The notes: a model not told the origin generated them from the sequence alone. A stretch of DNA of 64,000 bases from Camelus dromedarius (GCF_036321535.1 NC_087436.1:27964001-28028000), one strand, 5' to 3'; positions 1-12,234 are shown, counted from the first letter of the stretch. A program made the numbers and translations.

Positions 1-2
1 GT

Positions 3-549
3 TGTTGCCTTAACATCGCTTTCATTCCTTGCCCCAGAGCTGGATTACTTGAGAAATTAGGCAGAGATCCAAGGCGTAGTAGAAATGAAAGTGTGTCTTT
101 ATTGGGGAACAAATTGATACTGGAGACTGTGGCTCGTATCTGAAGCAATTATGGTTCTAAAACCTGAAACTGGGAATGAGACAGACTTCTACCTATTTAT
201 AGCCAGCGATGCATTAGGAGAGAGGTCTCCGCTACAGTTTCAGTGTTTATGGCTGAAAAATTTGAGGCATGAAGGGGCAGAGAGGAACAAAGAGCAGTGA
301 GCTACCAAAAGAGAGAAGAGAACAAAGGGCTACAGTCCAGATTCTGTTGTCTCTTCTAAATCCCTAATTAGCAAAACCACTCCAGAAACATTATAGCGTA
401 GGCATGTAAAGGGAATAAAAACGGAAAAGAACTGCAATAACAGAGATCCCTCTTCAAAGACAGAAGTTTTAAGGGAAGGAAATAAGCCTCCCTACCTGCT
501 CCAAAAAGTAATGGATCATTAAATCCATCATATGGCAAATCATCTGACA
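3..549 (-). mobile_element. ERV long terminal repeat (probable solo LTR, family unassigned)
   Basis: The minus strand begins TGTCAG (549) and ends CAACA (3). TATAAATA lies at 201-194 and AATAAA at 103-98, in LTR order. The flank ACTGT (550-554) ends in GT, matching bases 1-2, which is consistent with a 5-bp TSD cut by the window edge. Seven CpGs are retained. Confidence 0.7.
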
Positions 550-969
550 ACTGTATTTAGAGACAGGCCTCAGATAGAACCTAATTCAAGACAGGTCTTT
601 GGGTTTCATCTCCACAGTTTTCTGGAAGATTGGAAAATTTGATTGTGAAGTTTAATAGAAATTAGGAATCAAGTAATTTCATCTATATGCGTTCATTTAC
701 CATTGAATAGACATGTTATGTATTACCACTGGGGATATAGAAACCAAGAAAACAAACAATACGGTTTGAAAAATTGAAGACTTTTGGTAGGTACAGGAAT
801 AGAAACAGATACAGGAAACAGGTGTAGGTATAGAGATAAAAGAAGTATATGTAGACATTGGGAAAGGTGTAGATATGTCTATGTTTACAATAAGTCCATT
901 TATTTAATTTTGCAGTAAAACAATTTTACTGACAGAAAGAATTATGTTTAATACAAAGTTGTGGATGGT

Positions 970-1065
970 ATTCATTCGTTTATTACTCAACAGGATATTG
1001 ATTGTTGTCTAGAAGGATACAACAGAGGTAAAAAGCAATCCTGTCTTTAGAGAGCTTATATATCT
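970..1065 (-). mobile_element. L2 3' fragment
   Basis: TTCATTCGTTTATTACTCAACA...CCTGTCTTTAGAGAGCTTATATCTA resembles the reverse-complement L2 tail; highly diverged. Confidence 0.5.
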
Positions 1066-2174
1066 ATACCTAGACCTATGTCAAGATTTAAAAATTAATG
1101 TATTATATTGAATTATTCTAAATGCTAATTATAATCGCTAATTACAAATGCTAATTGCAAATTTGCTTAGAATTTCAAATTATAATGTTTTAATTAACTA
1201 TAAATTATTTAAGCTTTGGAATTCTGAAAAACATTTTATTTTGGGGGAAAATATTCTTTTTAGAAAAGGCAATTATCTAAATCTTACTTTTGTAAATCAG
1301 AGAATCTAAGCAAATCTAAATGTACAAGAATAAAAGTCTCTATTATGCATCTAAAGAATATAAGCCTGTAATGGTGAAATTTTTAGGTGGATTTTTGTTA
1401 GTTTTCTTTGTTTTTGCTTGCATATAATTTTTTTAAATGGTATTTCTAAAGAGTTTTGAAATGAAGAGCCTTACTATTCTTCATAGTTATTAAAATAATC
1501 ATGGAAAATTTGTGATAAAAATTCTATTTTTAAAATATGGTGGAAGACTGAAAATTCTGGCAAAGCTCACAGTTTTTCTTAATGGTGAGACCATTAGCAA
1601 ATTTGCATCAATAGACATCTTTTAGTAAATTATCATTCACCTTCGTTCAAAATTAAAAATTACTATAGTTGTCTGATTCATTGGGCTTTAAGTATATGAA
1701 ACAGGAATTCACTGGTAAAGCCTTAACTTATTATCTTAAAAATGCAATTATCTTAAAATACTTCATAGCTTAGTTCAAAGGTCAGAAAAGGTCTTAAATC
1801 ACATAAGTTATTGAAAGTAATGGTACTAAAAGGAGGTTGCTTTATTTACTATCTATAGTCAATAATTTTGAGGTTCTCTCTTTAGTTAGAAAACATTTAA
1901 GAACATGCAACATTTAAAATTTTTAATTTTATTTTATATTAAATATTTAAATTTAATATTTTTGAAAATACTCATTGCTATTAAGCCCAATAACTTGGAA
2001 AATTTTACTATAGATATAATTTACAAGTGTGTATATGTTTATATGTCAAAATGCATATTTGTAGTGAATGTGTGTGTATTCATGCATATTTTAGATTTTA
2101 GAGTATAAGGACTGATAAAGTTGAAGACATTTTGAAAAGTTTCTGCTTTTTATCAATCACTGCTTTTTGGTTTA

Positions 2175-2375
2175 ATAGTTACTAAATGTGTAACTTTGGA
2201 CCTCATTGTTCCTTAGTTTCCTGATCTGTGAAGTAGAGATGATAATATTACTCACCTCATAGAATTGATCTGAGCCGTAACTTAAGTCATACATGCTGAT
2301 TCTTAGCTAGTGCCTGATATAGGACGGGACTGTAGAAATTATAACTATTATTACTATTACTATTATTATTATCCT
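2175..2375 (+). mobile_element. MIR SINE
   Basis: Core-like CCTTAGTTTCCTGATCTGTGAAGTAGAGATGATAATA..ACCTCATAGAATTG, then AGTGCCTGATATAG and a TAT/TAC-repeat tail. Confidence 0.8.
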
Positions 2376-2429
2376 GTTATTTTAAATAGTCTGTAAACAT
2401 GAGAAGGATATTACAAGGAAGCTACCCTA

Positions 2430-2575
2430 GGCTGTCTGATTTGATAGATGTAAAAATTAAGCTTAAAAGGCTAAACAAGTCACCCACTGTCACAAAAGAA
2501 TTTAGAGATAAAGATTAACTTAGAACTAAGACAAGGTTTCTACACTAAAACTTCATATATTCTACCACAATTTCT
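2430..2575 (-). mobile_element. MIR SINE fragment
   Basis: GATTTGATAGATGTAAAAATTAAGCTTAAAAGGCTAAACAAGTCACCCACTGTCACA resembles the reverse-complement MIR core. Confidence 0.6.
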
Positions 2576-4270
2576 AACTTTAGCATACACTAAAGATTTT
2601 TAACCTTTATTAAGAGAGAAAGACTGCATTGGTGTTGAACATTTACTCTTGTTTTGTATTTCCATTTTAACAAACCAGATGCAAATAAATAAATCCACAT
2701 CATAGAAAAATTATACTTCTACTTTAAATTACATGAATCTAATATAATAATATTAAGTTTAACTTGAGAAATCTTGACATTGAAAATTGATAAATATATG
2801 TATTACATATTTAAAGTTATAATTTTTGTATATATGTGTGTATGCTTTGTGTGGGTATTAGTAAAGTACAGGATGGCAAATGGTATGATATAAAATCCCT
2901 GAAAATGTGGGAAATTACATCACTTAGTAGAGAATATTTATAAGTATTGATTTCTTAAGAAGATTTTATTTGCAAGTGTGCACTTACAGAAGTTTACTTT
3001 CTCCATCTTCATTTACAGATAAATTGTTATTCTCTTCTGACAAAGCACTTAGTCATTGCTTTGCTACATAGTGTTAAATATTGTGATAAAATCAACTCAG
3101 GAAAAAAAAAGTCATATATTATTATATGTTTAGAACTATGCACTTATGTTTCTCTTAATTTGCTGCTGTATATCATGGAATACATACTCTACTAGAACTT
3201 CAATTACTTAAGTTAGAAGGAAATTGATACGCTGACAAATTAAAAACATGAAAAAATAAATACTTAAAAAATCATCATGCCACTGATCAAGGTCAGGCTT
3301 AATTTCCTCTACCCTTCCAACATCATTCTACTTATAGAAGGAGATAGGAAGCTCAGAGGATGATTACACATCTTGAGATATGTGCTCCAAAAATAAAGAA
3401 GGCATTAACAAAAGATTCCACAAAACAGTTTAGATACCACCATTTAAAAAAGGATGTCTTATATTATTTTTGGAAATAGGAAGAATTCCTGGGTCACATG
3501 GCAGGGCCCGAGTCCACATTCATTGCATTGCATACCCTGTGTGACCAGGCTACAAGAATGGAGAGACTGTAAGATTACTAAATGGTAGAATCACAGATGC
3601 CTGGCTTTACTACTATTACTACCAAAACTAATACAAGGCAGAATTATATGATTAATAGTAAAGATTACTATTAGTCCTTATCAAAGAAAAATATTTGCTG
3701 GCAGTTTTTATTTAACTCTTTTAATTCAATTAGTCAACATTCCCATAATATTTTATGTTAGCCTAATTCTATTCAGTGAAAGTGATGAAAGCTTGTCATG
3801 AAACTCAAGTATTATTCTATTAATGGATTTATTTTCAACAGACAGTTTCATGAAAGTGTAAGTTCAATTTTCCATTCACAGGGAATTGTAATTGGTTTCT
3901 TGCCATTCTCTAAACATTTATGGAATTCCATTCTATTTTACCACAAAGGTAATTTCATTTTAGATAAGCTCACAAAAAATAAAATACCATCTTAATTTAG
4001 AAATAACTAAATATAGCTTCTCAGAAAAATAAGCATGCTAAATTCCTCACAATATTGAAGAAACTGTCTAAACACTGAACCTGCTGCCTCTTCATATAAA
4101 GACTGCCCATTGTTTACTGTCATCACACCAATAATTGCTGCAATGAGAAGCTATATAAAATATTAACCCAACAGAAGATGAAATATTAACCCATAGATTA
4201 CAAAGCCAATACTAACTCAATATTATTATTAATATTAATAACTGATATTGTTAATATTAATCCAATAGAT

Positions 4271-4388
4271 TATGAAAATAAATATATGTATGTTCACATA
4301 TGCCTGAAGCATTATGCTGTACACCAGAAATTGACACAACGTTGTAAACTGACTATACTTCAATAAAATACATATATAAATAAAAAAA
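4271..4388 (+). mobile_element. Extremely 5'-truncated young L1 (3' terminus only)
   Basis: GAAGCATTATGCTGTACACCAGAAATTGACACAACGTTGTAAACTGACTATACTTCAATAAAA plus an A-rich tail. It is homologous to the L1 3' ends near 7820-7889, 33150-33209 and 39448-39500. A 14-bp direct repeat AAAATATTAACCCA lies at 4157-4170 and 4385-4398. Confidence 0.9.
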
Positions 4389-4840
4389 TATTAACCCAGA
4401 CTTTAGTTTTGCAAATACATAAATACTTTAAAATCTGAGGGTTTATTTCTTAAGACTTATAGGTGGTGAACTACTATGTATAAAAAATAACTTTAAAAAA
4501 TTTTTATTTAAAAAATATACAAGCAAACAGTATGAAAAACAGTCAAAAACTTTACATTTGCTAATCTTTCTTTTCTCATTTTTTTCCCTCACATGATACT
4601 TCGAAGAGGGAATTTTTTTTCAGAAAGCTTTTTTTTTTTAACTTGGCAAATAAATGACTTGATCAGTGCAAAAGGAAACAGTAGGAAAGTTAAAGCAGAA
4701 GAACGTTTTACACAGTTATACCTTCTACTTTACCCCCCTGTCATCCACTGTCCCTCTGAATAACATAAACATTCACTGACACATTCCCTAAAGGGATTGT
4801 TTGCCTAGTTTAAATCTCCTCTCACAGGAGACTTTGCAAA

Positions 4841-5080
4841 GCAATATAATGAAGTGGTTACGAGCGTACATTTGACATCAGACTAAAATATGTTCAAATT
4901 CAGGCTCTGCCACCTTGTAGATGTAAGAACTTGGTAATTTGCTTAAAGTTTCAAACTGTGAATCTTCAACTCAGAAAGTAGACTAATATTATCTACCCCA
5001 AAAGTCTGTATGAGAATCAAAATTATATATGAAAATATATGGTGCATAATACCCCTCCCTAACTAAGCATGTAAAAATAT
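4841..5080 (+). mobile_element. MIR SINE
   Basis: tRNA-derived head AGTGGTTACGAGC...TCAGAC...GTTCAAATTCAGGCTCTGCCAC followed by a decayed core. Confidence 0.75.
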
Positions 5081-6212
5081 TTTTGTATGTACTGAGACAA
5101 TGACTAGATATAATTTTAACCTGGAATTATAGCAAATGCATTAACTATAGTTTCATAGAGAAGACACAAACTTGAATGAAGGATGTAAACTTATAGAAAT
5201 TATTTTCTTGTTCCTCACTACAAACTGCTATCTTCAGCAGTTTGGCAGGGCATATTCAGAGAGGGGATGTTCACATATAAAGCTGTGGGTACCCTCGTGA
5301 ATACCAGGGATAAAGTGTGAGCAGATGTGGTCATTAAGGATGTAATTAAAACATTACTTTTAGGCTTGAATTCCATCTGTAACTGTAGCTTAGACTTACT
5401 ATGAGCTCTGGGTTCAAAAAAAGGCACATCCATATTAATTTTCTAATAACTTGAGTTTCAGAATTGTCCTTCCGGGACCATTTTGACTAACTTTTGATTA
5501 ACTAAATATCACAAGGGATAAAGAGGTCCAAAGCTGAGTGGATAGCAATCATGAACAGTAGGCATGGAAAAGAGATTTCACTGCTACTAGCAAATAGGCA
5601 GAGGTGGAGGAAGTCACTGCCATGGGCACAGTCTGGGGCTGGCACTGCTTCTCAGATCATACAGTGTCCCCTTGATAATGGCTTTCACTGTCCAAACTGT
5701 CCACATTTGGATAGTGCCTTGCACATCCTTGCACACCTTGTCATGTTTCTCTGTGGGAGACCAGTCATGCTCCCTCATACAAAAATGTGAAGCATATAGA
5801 CTCTTATAGTTGCAGCTTTCTTTATGTATGCTGCTTTTTTTGCATAGTACCTTCCTGCCTCAGAAGTTCCTCTCAATAATACTGTTTTAGTCAATTATTT
5901 ACCATTTTAAGCAAAATAAATAGCAATGTAGTATTGTTTGCAGCATAAAGAATATATGACCTTTTAGCTAACAGTATAAATAATATATAATTTATCTTTT
6001 CTAATAAATATTTGAGTTGGCCACAGATTGTGTGCCACTTTTTATATTTTTATTCATTTAGTATTCTTTGGTCAAACCTTATAGACTTCTATGTTCAAAA
6101 CTTGTATCATTTTTATAAATATATTTTTGAAAGTTATTGTATATTTAAAAATAACAAAATAAAAGTCTCTATCTTTAAAAATGGTGGGGTTTTCTGTTTA
6201 AAATTTGGATAT

Positions 6213-7889
6213 TCCACAGATTCAATGCAATCCCTATAAATTACCAATGGCATTTTTCACAGAACTAGAACAATTTTAGATTATGTATGGAAATACAAAA
6301 GGCCCTGAATAGCAAAGAATCTTGAGAAAGAGTAACAGAGCTGGAGGAATAATGCTCCTTGACTTCAGACTATACTATAAAGCGACAGTAATCAAAACAG
6401 TATGATACTGGCACAAAAACAGACACATAGATCAATGGAACAGGATAGAAAGCCCAAAATAAACTCACACACTTATGATCAATTAATCTATGATGAAAGA
6501 GGCAATAATGTACAGTGGAGAAAATATAGTCTCTTCAATAAGTTGTGCTTAGAATACTGGACAGCTACTGTTAAAAGAATGAAATTAGAACATCCTCTAA
6601 CTCTATATACAAAAATAAACTCTAAATGTATTAGAGACCTAAATGTAAGTCCAGATACTATAAAATTTCTAGAGGAAAACATAGTCAGAACACTGTTTGA
6701 CATAAATCACAATTGTATTTTTTTGGATCCATCTCCTAGCATAATAAAAATAAAAGCAAAAATAAATGGGACCTACTTAAAATGAAAAGCTTTCGCACAG
6801 CAAAGGAAACCATAAACAAAATGAAAAGACCACCTACAAAATGGGAGAAAATATTTGTAAATGATGAGACTGACAAGGAATTAATTTCCAAAATATACAA
6901 ACACTCATATAGCTCAATATCCAAAAAACCAAACAATTGAATTTAAAAAGTAGGCAGAAGATTTTAATATATATTTCTCCAAAGAAGACATATAGATGGC
7001 CAACAGGCACATGAAAAGATGCTCAACATTGCTAATTATTAGAGAAATGCAAATCAAAACTACAATGAGATGTCACCTCACACCAGTCAGAATGGCCATC
7101 ATCAGTCTACAAGTAAGTGCTGGAGAAGATGTGGAGAAAAGGAAATTCTCCTACAATGTTAGTGGGAATGTAAATTGGTGCAGCCGCTATAGAGAACAGT
7201 ATGGAGTTTCCCTTAAAAAACTAAAGATAGAGTCACCATATGATCTAGTGATCTCACTCCTGGGCATATATCCAAAAAAGACAAAAACTCTAATTTGAAA
7301 AGATACATGAACCCCAATGTTTATTATAGCAGCAATATTTATAGTAGTCAAGACCTGGAAACAACCTTAATGGCCATTGACAGATGAATGGATAAAGAAG
7401 ATGTGATGTATATAGATACATACATATAATGGAATATTACTCAGCCATAAAAGAATGAAATTATGTCATTTGCAGCAACATGAACAGACCTAGAGATTAT
7501 TACACTAAGTTAAGTAAGAAAGAGATAAGACAAGTGTCATTTATATGTGGAATCTAAAAAATGATGCAAGTGGATTAACTTATAAAATAGAAATAGACTT
7601 ACAGACACACAAAACAAACTTATGGTTACCAAAGGGGAATGGAAAGAGGGATGAATTATGAGTTTGGGATTAACAGATATACACTACTATATATAAAATA
7701 GAAAAAAAAATGAACTACTGTATAGCACAGGGAACTATATTTAATATTTTATAATAATGTATAATGGAAAATAATCTAAAAAAGAATATATATATTATAT
7801 ATATAATACATATACAATTGAAACATTTTGCTGTATATCTGTAACTCGCACAACATCGTAAATCACCTATACTTCAATTAAAAAAAAAA
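6213..7889 (+). mobile_element. 5'-truncated LINE-1 (ORF2 C-terminal third, 3' UTR, poly(A))
   Basis: ORF fragments such as [34 protein letters not shown] and KLEHPLTLYTKINSKCIRDLNV are typical L1 ORF2p C-terminal sequence, with frameshifts. The 3' UTR ends TATACTTCAATT followed by A10 (7880-7889). No TSD recognised. Confidence 0.97.
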
Positions 7890-10098
7890 GATCCTCAAAA
7901 TGTTTTGACGAAAAGGGCTTAGTGATGAGCGAAATGAGGGGGATGAAGTAGGAAAAATGATTGAACACATTTGGCTTCTTCTCATTACTATATTTTATAT
8001 ATCTTATTTGTTAAGCTAAGCTTTCTTACAATCTTTTGTTTCTTTTCTCTTTACTTTCCAGAATTGATTGAAATTTCATGATATTTTCTACTACTAGCAT
8101 AAGGGAATTATATCCTATTTCTATATTTTCAGAAATTAATTTTAATTCTCAAATAACCTTAAAATATTTCTTTCTTACAAAGTGAGAATAACTAATATTT
8201 ATAAGTCCCACCAAATGAGAGGCTGGATTTAACCATCATTCAAGTCGAATTATCCCACTTCACATACATCAATTATGCTCATTTTTTCAACAATGATTCT
8301 TGTTCCCTTATTATTCTGTTTTTTCGTTGGCTGATATTTCTTGATATTTCAACACTACCCCAAACTCTCTGCAGATTCTCTTGAGGAAATAATTCAAGTT
8401 TTTTTTTTCTACTTTGTCTCTGCTTCTTCCCAGATCAGTTGTTTAATTCATATGGTTTTCCTGTTTATTCTCATTTTTTGCCAAATGAACTGATGATTTG
8501 TAATTACTCATAGACATAAATTACATTGCAAATAGACATAGAGTCACATAGACATAAATATGCTTGCAGTTAAGAAAGGACTGGCTTCTTAATTGCAAGC
8601 ATACTATTTCTATCCAGTTTTGAAAGTCTGTTTCACATCTCTTTCCACTCTGTGTATGACTTGGTTGTGGCTGTGTGGTTAAGTGGGCAGGGGATATTTA
8701 AACAGTGCTTCCCAGTTAGACTGTTCGTAGAGAAAATAGGCATCAGCCACATGAATAAAAAAGTAATAAAGATTTAATCTGGGTTTGTATTTTATAATAC
8801 ACCTAATTTTTAAACCTTCTCTCTTTCTTTGTGTGCTTTCTACCATAATTATTGATAAGGTTCAAAGTAGCCTTTTCCTGTTTCTTTCTTGTACTGCCAC
8901 ACATAGTAAGAAGACACAGAGAAGCATCACCACGTTATTTATAAAGTACTTCCTGAAGTTACACCTGGGGCTACAGGATGAAGGCTTAAAAGAAATCCTG
9001 GGTCCAAACTTCCCATAGCCATCCAATTAATTACTCTAACTGTGGCCCCGTCTTTCTCCTATTCTCAGTCCTGGCCATCTACAAATGCCATCTTTTCTGG
9101 GGGATCACTTGGGAAGAAGAGCCCTCACTGCCACACTCATCCTCTCCTGTGACTCTGTGGTTTGCAGACTTCACCAGACGAACTCTATCTCAGTCTTTTA
9201 CAGCAGAGTGCCATTTAAAGATAGGCTGTTGACAATACGCTCTTTTACTTTCATTGCTTTTATGGGTTTCTCACTCTTTCCTTTTGTTTATTCAGCTAAA
9301 TTACTTTGGGAGGGAAGGAAGGTGAAAGCTTATGTTTAGCATACAATTTTGAAGAAGAAATTAGAAATGATCTCCTGAAGAGGGTTTGAGCTTCCATTGA
9401 ATTCTGTTCTCCTTGTTATTAAATGGCAAGTCTGTTTGGATTACATGTCCTGATGAAAATAGCTTTGCATAATTTAAATAATATGAATTGGCCATAGATG
9501 CATAATCAAAATGCTCAGCCATTTGGTTATTTTCGTATTCCAATAAACACTTTAATTTTTAAGGAACATTAAATGCTTAAAGCTCATTGGAATGGAATGG
9601 TGCTTTACTCTCTTACAATAAACCGCAGTTATCTTTGTTTACTTAAATCAGTTATACTCATAAAATAAACAGCTGGACTTACCTGAAATTCTATTAACTT
9701 CTAGAAGAATATCACCAAAAGGGAACTGTCTACTTTAGCAAGCAAGCATTTTCCAGAATTTCTGTTCTTTGCCATTCCTTTTACATGTCTTATGTTCTTT
9801 GTGAAAGCCTTTTAATTTGCTTACTTAAAAAGCAATACCCTGGTTCATAGTTACTAAAGAATCTTATTATTTCCTTTCAACTACTTCTCTTATAATGTTT
9901 GATTTCTCTTCTCTGTGTATCCCTAAGAAGAAGAAATAAAACTGACTGGCTAAGAACCTCTGTTCAGAGTTACAGGATCTTAAGCTACTAATTAGGAGTC
10001 AGTTATTTCTAGCTAATTTTCCTTATGTAATAGACACGAATATCTGCATCTGCAGGATTCCAGGAATGCACAGTGAATCACAGGGAATTTTCAGACAG

Positions 10099-10433
10099 CG
10101 TTACAAACTGAATGTTTGTGTCTCCCCCAGATTCTGCCTTTGAGGGGTAATTAAGTTTAGATGAAGTTATGAGGGTGAGCCCCTGATGATTAAAGTGCTG
10201 TTCAAAGGAGAGACACCAGACAGTTTGCTCTTTCTCCACCCACAAGCACCTACGAAAAGTGATGTGAGGAGATGGCAAGAAGACAGCCATCTGCAAGCCA
10301 AGAAGAGGGTCTCCCCAGAACCTGACCATGATCTCAGGTTTCCAGCCTTTAGAACTGTGAGAAAATAAATGTCTTTTGTTTAAGCTACCCACTCTATGGT
10401 ATTTTGTTATGGCAGCCCAGGCTGACTAAGACA
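10099..10433 (+). mobile_element. MaLR solo LTR, MLT1A-like
   Basis: Starts ..GTTACAAACTGAATGTTTGTGTC and contains GCCATCTGCAAGCCAAGAAGAGGG, CCAGCCTTTAGAACTGTGAGAAAATAAATG and the terminal TTTTGTTATGGCAGCCCAGGCTGACTAAGACA. Confidence 0.92.
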
Positions 10434-10800
10434 GAGGGACAAATCTGTTGCTACCCCTTTGATTCCTACATCAAATTCTCATTAGTAGGGACCCAGCATC
10501 TCACCCAGCAAGACAGTACACCTTGAAGCACGTTGTTCTGAGATGCTACCAATGCCAGGTCTTTAACATGATACCCCTTCTGTGTGTGTGTTCAAATAAG
10601 GTAGGTCCTGAATCATAACACTCTCTGTTTTATCCACTGCTATAAAAAAGTCATTATTATTATGCAGAATTAGAGCCTAAAACAACTCTAATTGTAAAGA
10701 TTTCATATATAAATTTCCTTTACAATCCTGCCTGTCATACTTATTAATCAAAACATATATAACATAACATGACTTTCCATGAAAGAAAGAAAGGGGTTAT

Positions 10801-10947
10801 AGGGAGGGAGAGAGGGAGGAAGGAATGAAGGAAGCAAAGATAGATGAGAGGAAGGAAGAAGAAAGGAAGGAGGAAAGGAAGGAAGAAGGAAAGAAAGAAA
10901 ATAAATGAAGGAAGGAAAGAAGGAGGAGGGAGGGAGGGAGGGAAAGG
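10801..10947 (+). repeat. Polypurine (GGAA/GGGA/GAAA)n low-complexity tract
   Basis: About 145 bp of almost pure A/G with GGAA, GGGA and GAAA units. Confidence 0.95.
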
Positions 10948-12234
10948 ATTTAAAAAAAGAAAACATTGTGTAGTTTCTTTACTGCTTCCATTTTATGTTC
11001 CCAAACTTGTTAGTTCTTTCACACACAAATTTACATAAATATGTTAAAGAAATTCAAGCATATGTATTAAGTGAATCCATGAAAAGACACAAAAACAATA
11101 CACACATCATGGTGTACAAATTGCAGCCCAAGAAGAAACTAATTGGTGGACTATTTTTGAATATTAAAATCATTTGTCTACTTTCACATTAGAAGTTTCT
11201 ATAGTATTTTATTAAAGAAGGTTAGCACCTCACATTCAAGTGAGTGAATCAAGTCGATTTTGAGTCTATTTCTTTAACATTCGGCAATATTAATATAACA
11301 ACGAATAACAAATTACTTTTGTTCCCACCTGGCTTCCTATTAGTAATTAAATGTAAACTTCCCAAATACTACTAGTGCATAGATTGGTGGTTACCTGCTT
11401 TATGGGCTGCATTTAAGTTGCTGGGGTGCAGTCTATAACAAAGCATAAATCAGTCAGCAGGAGGATAGACGTGAATATTGATTCTGTGGTGAAAAGTCTC
11501 AGGAGACGGTTTTTAGAAAGCCATGGATTAAGTCTAAGTCTATAGAGAAGTATCATTGAGCATTTATTGATCTTTGGCTAAATAAGTATACAAATAATGG
11601 TGCATACATTTTCACCGTTGCCAGTGGACTTAAATTACATGTTTTAGGTTTCAAATCTTAAACATTCATAATAATACAACTAGATAGCTATATAGCTTTA
11701 TATTTTGACAGAATAGACATCATTGTTGCTGCATATAAAATCACTCATGTCTTTGTAAAATCCCTTTGGTGTGGAAAAAAAAAAGACATGAAAAAATAAT
11801 TGCAGGATATAGATAATGGCAAAGAAAAAACAAGAGGGAGGTGCTGTTTCAGGTGATTCACAATAAGTGAAACCAGAAGTGTGAATTGATAGACCTCTTC
11901 TTGTCTAGCTCATCTGAAAAAAGAAATAAGAAATCTACAGAAACACTGAGAGTAGAATATGAAAAGCTACACAGAAACACTGCTTCCACTTCCATCACAG
12001 GTTTGGCTGCTGTTGCTGTACCTGCTACCAAAAGTAGACATTTTATTACAGGACAAAGTATGAACAAAGAGGCGAAATATGCTAAATGAACAAATAAAAC
12101 TTGCTATACCCTACATTGTATATTGTGGCATTTATTTTAGTTTACTTGCAAAAAAGAATTGTGTGTCGATTGTATAGTATTTTAAATGATGACAGTGATA
12201 CAGTAACAGTGAACACTTAGGAAGTGTGTCTGCC

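Noticed and set aside
1915..1970. AT-only inverted repeats
   Set aside because: Low complexity; expected by chance.
2175..2575. Inverted MIR pair as a dsRNA-forming structure
   Set aside because: The copies are too diverged from each other to pair stably.
6402..7298. 127-aa and 100-aa ORFs as host genes
   Set aside because: They are frameshifted pieces of L1 ORF2.
9361..9543. 60-aa minus-strand ORF with protein-like composition
   Set aside because: It has a non-ATG start, no recognisable family and no convincing splice context.
10748..11038. Ser/Pro/Phe-rich and Lys/Arg/Gly-rich ORFs
   Set aside because: They are translations of the polypurine simple repeat.
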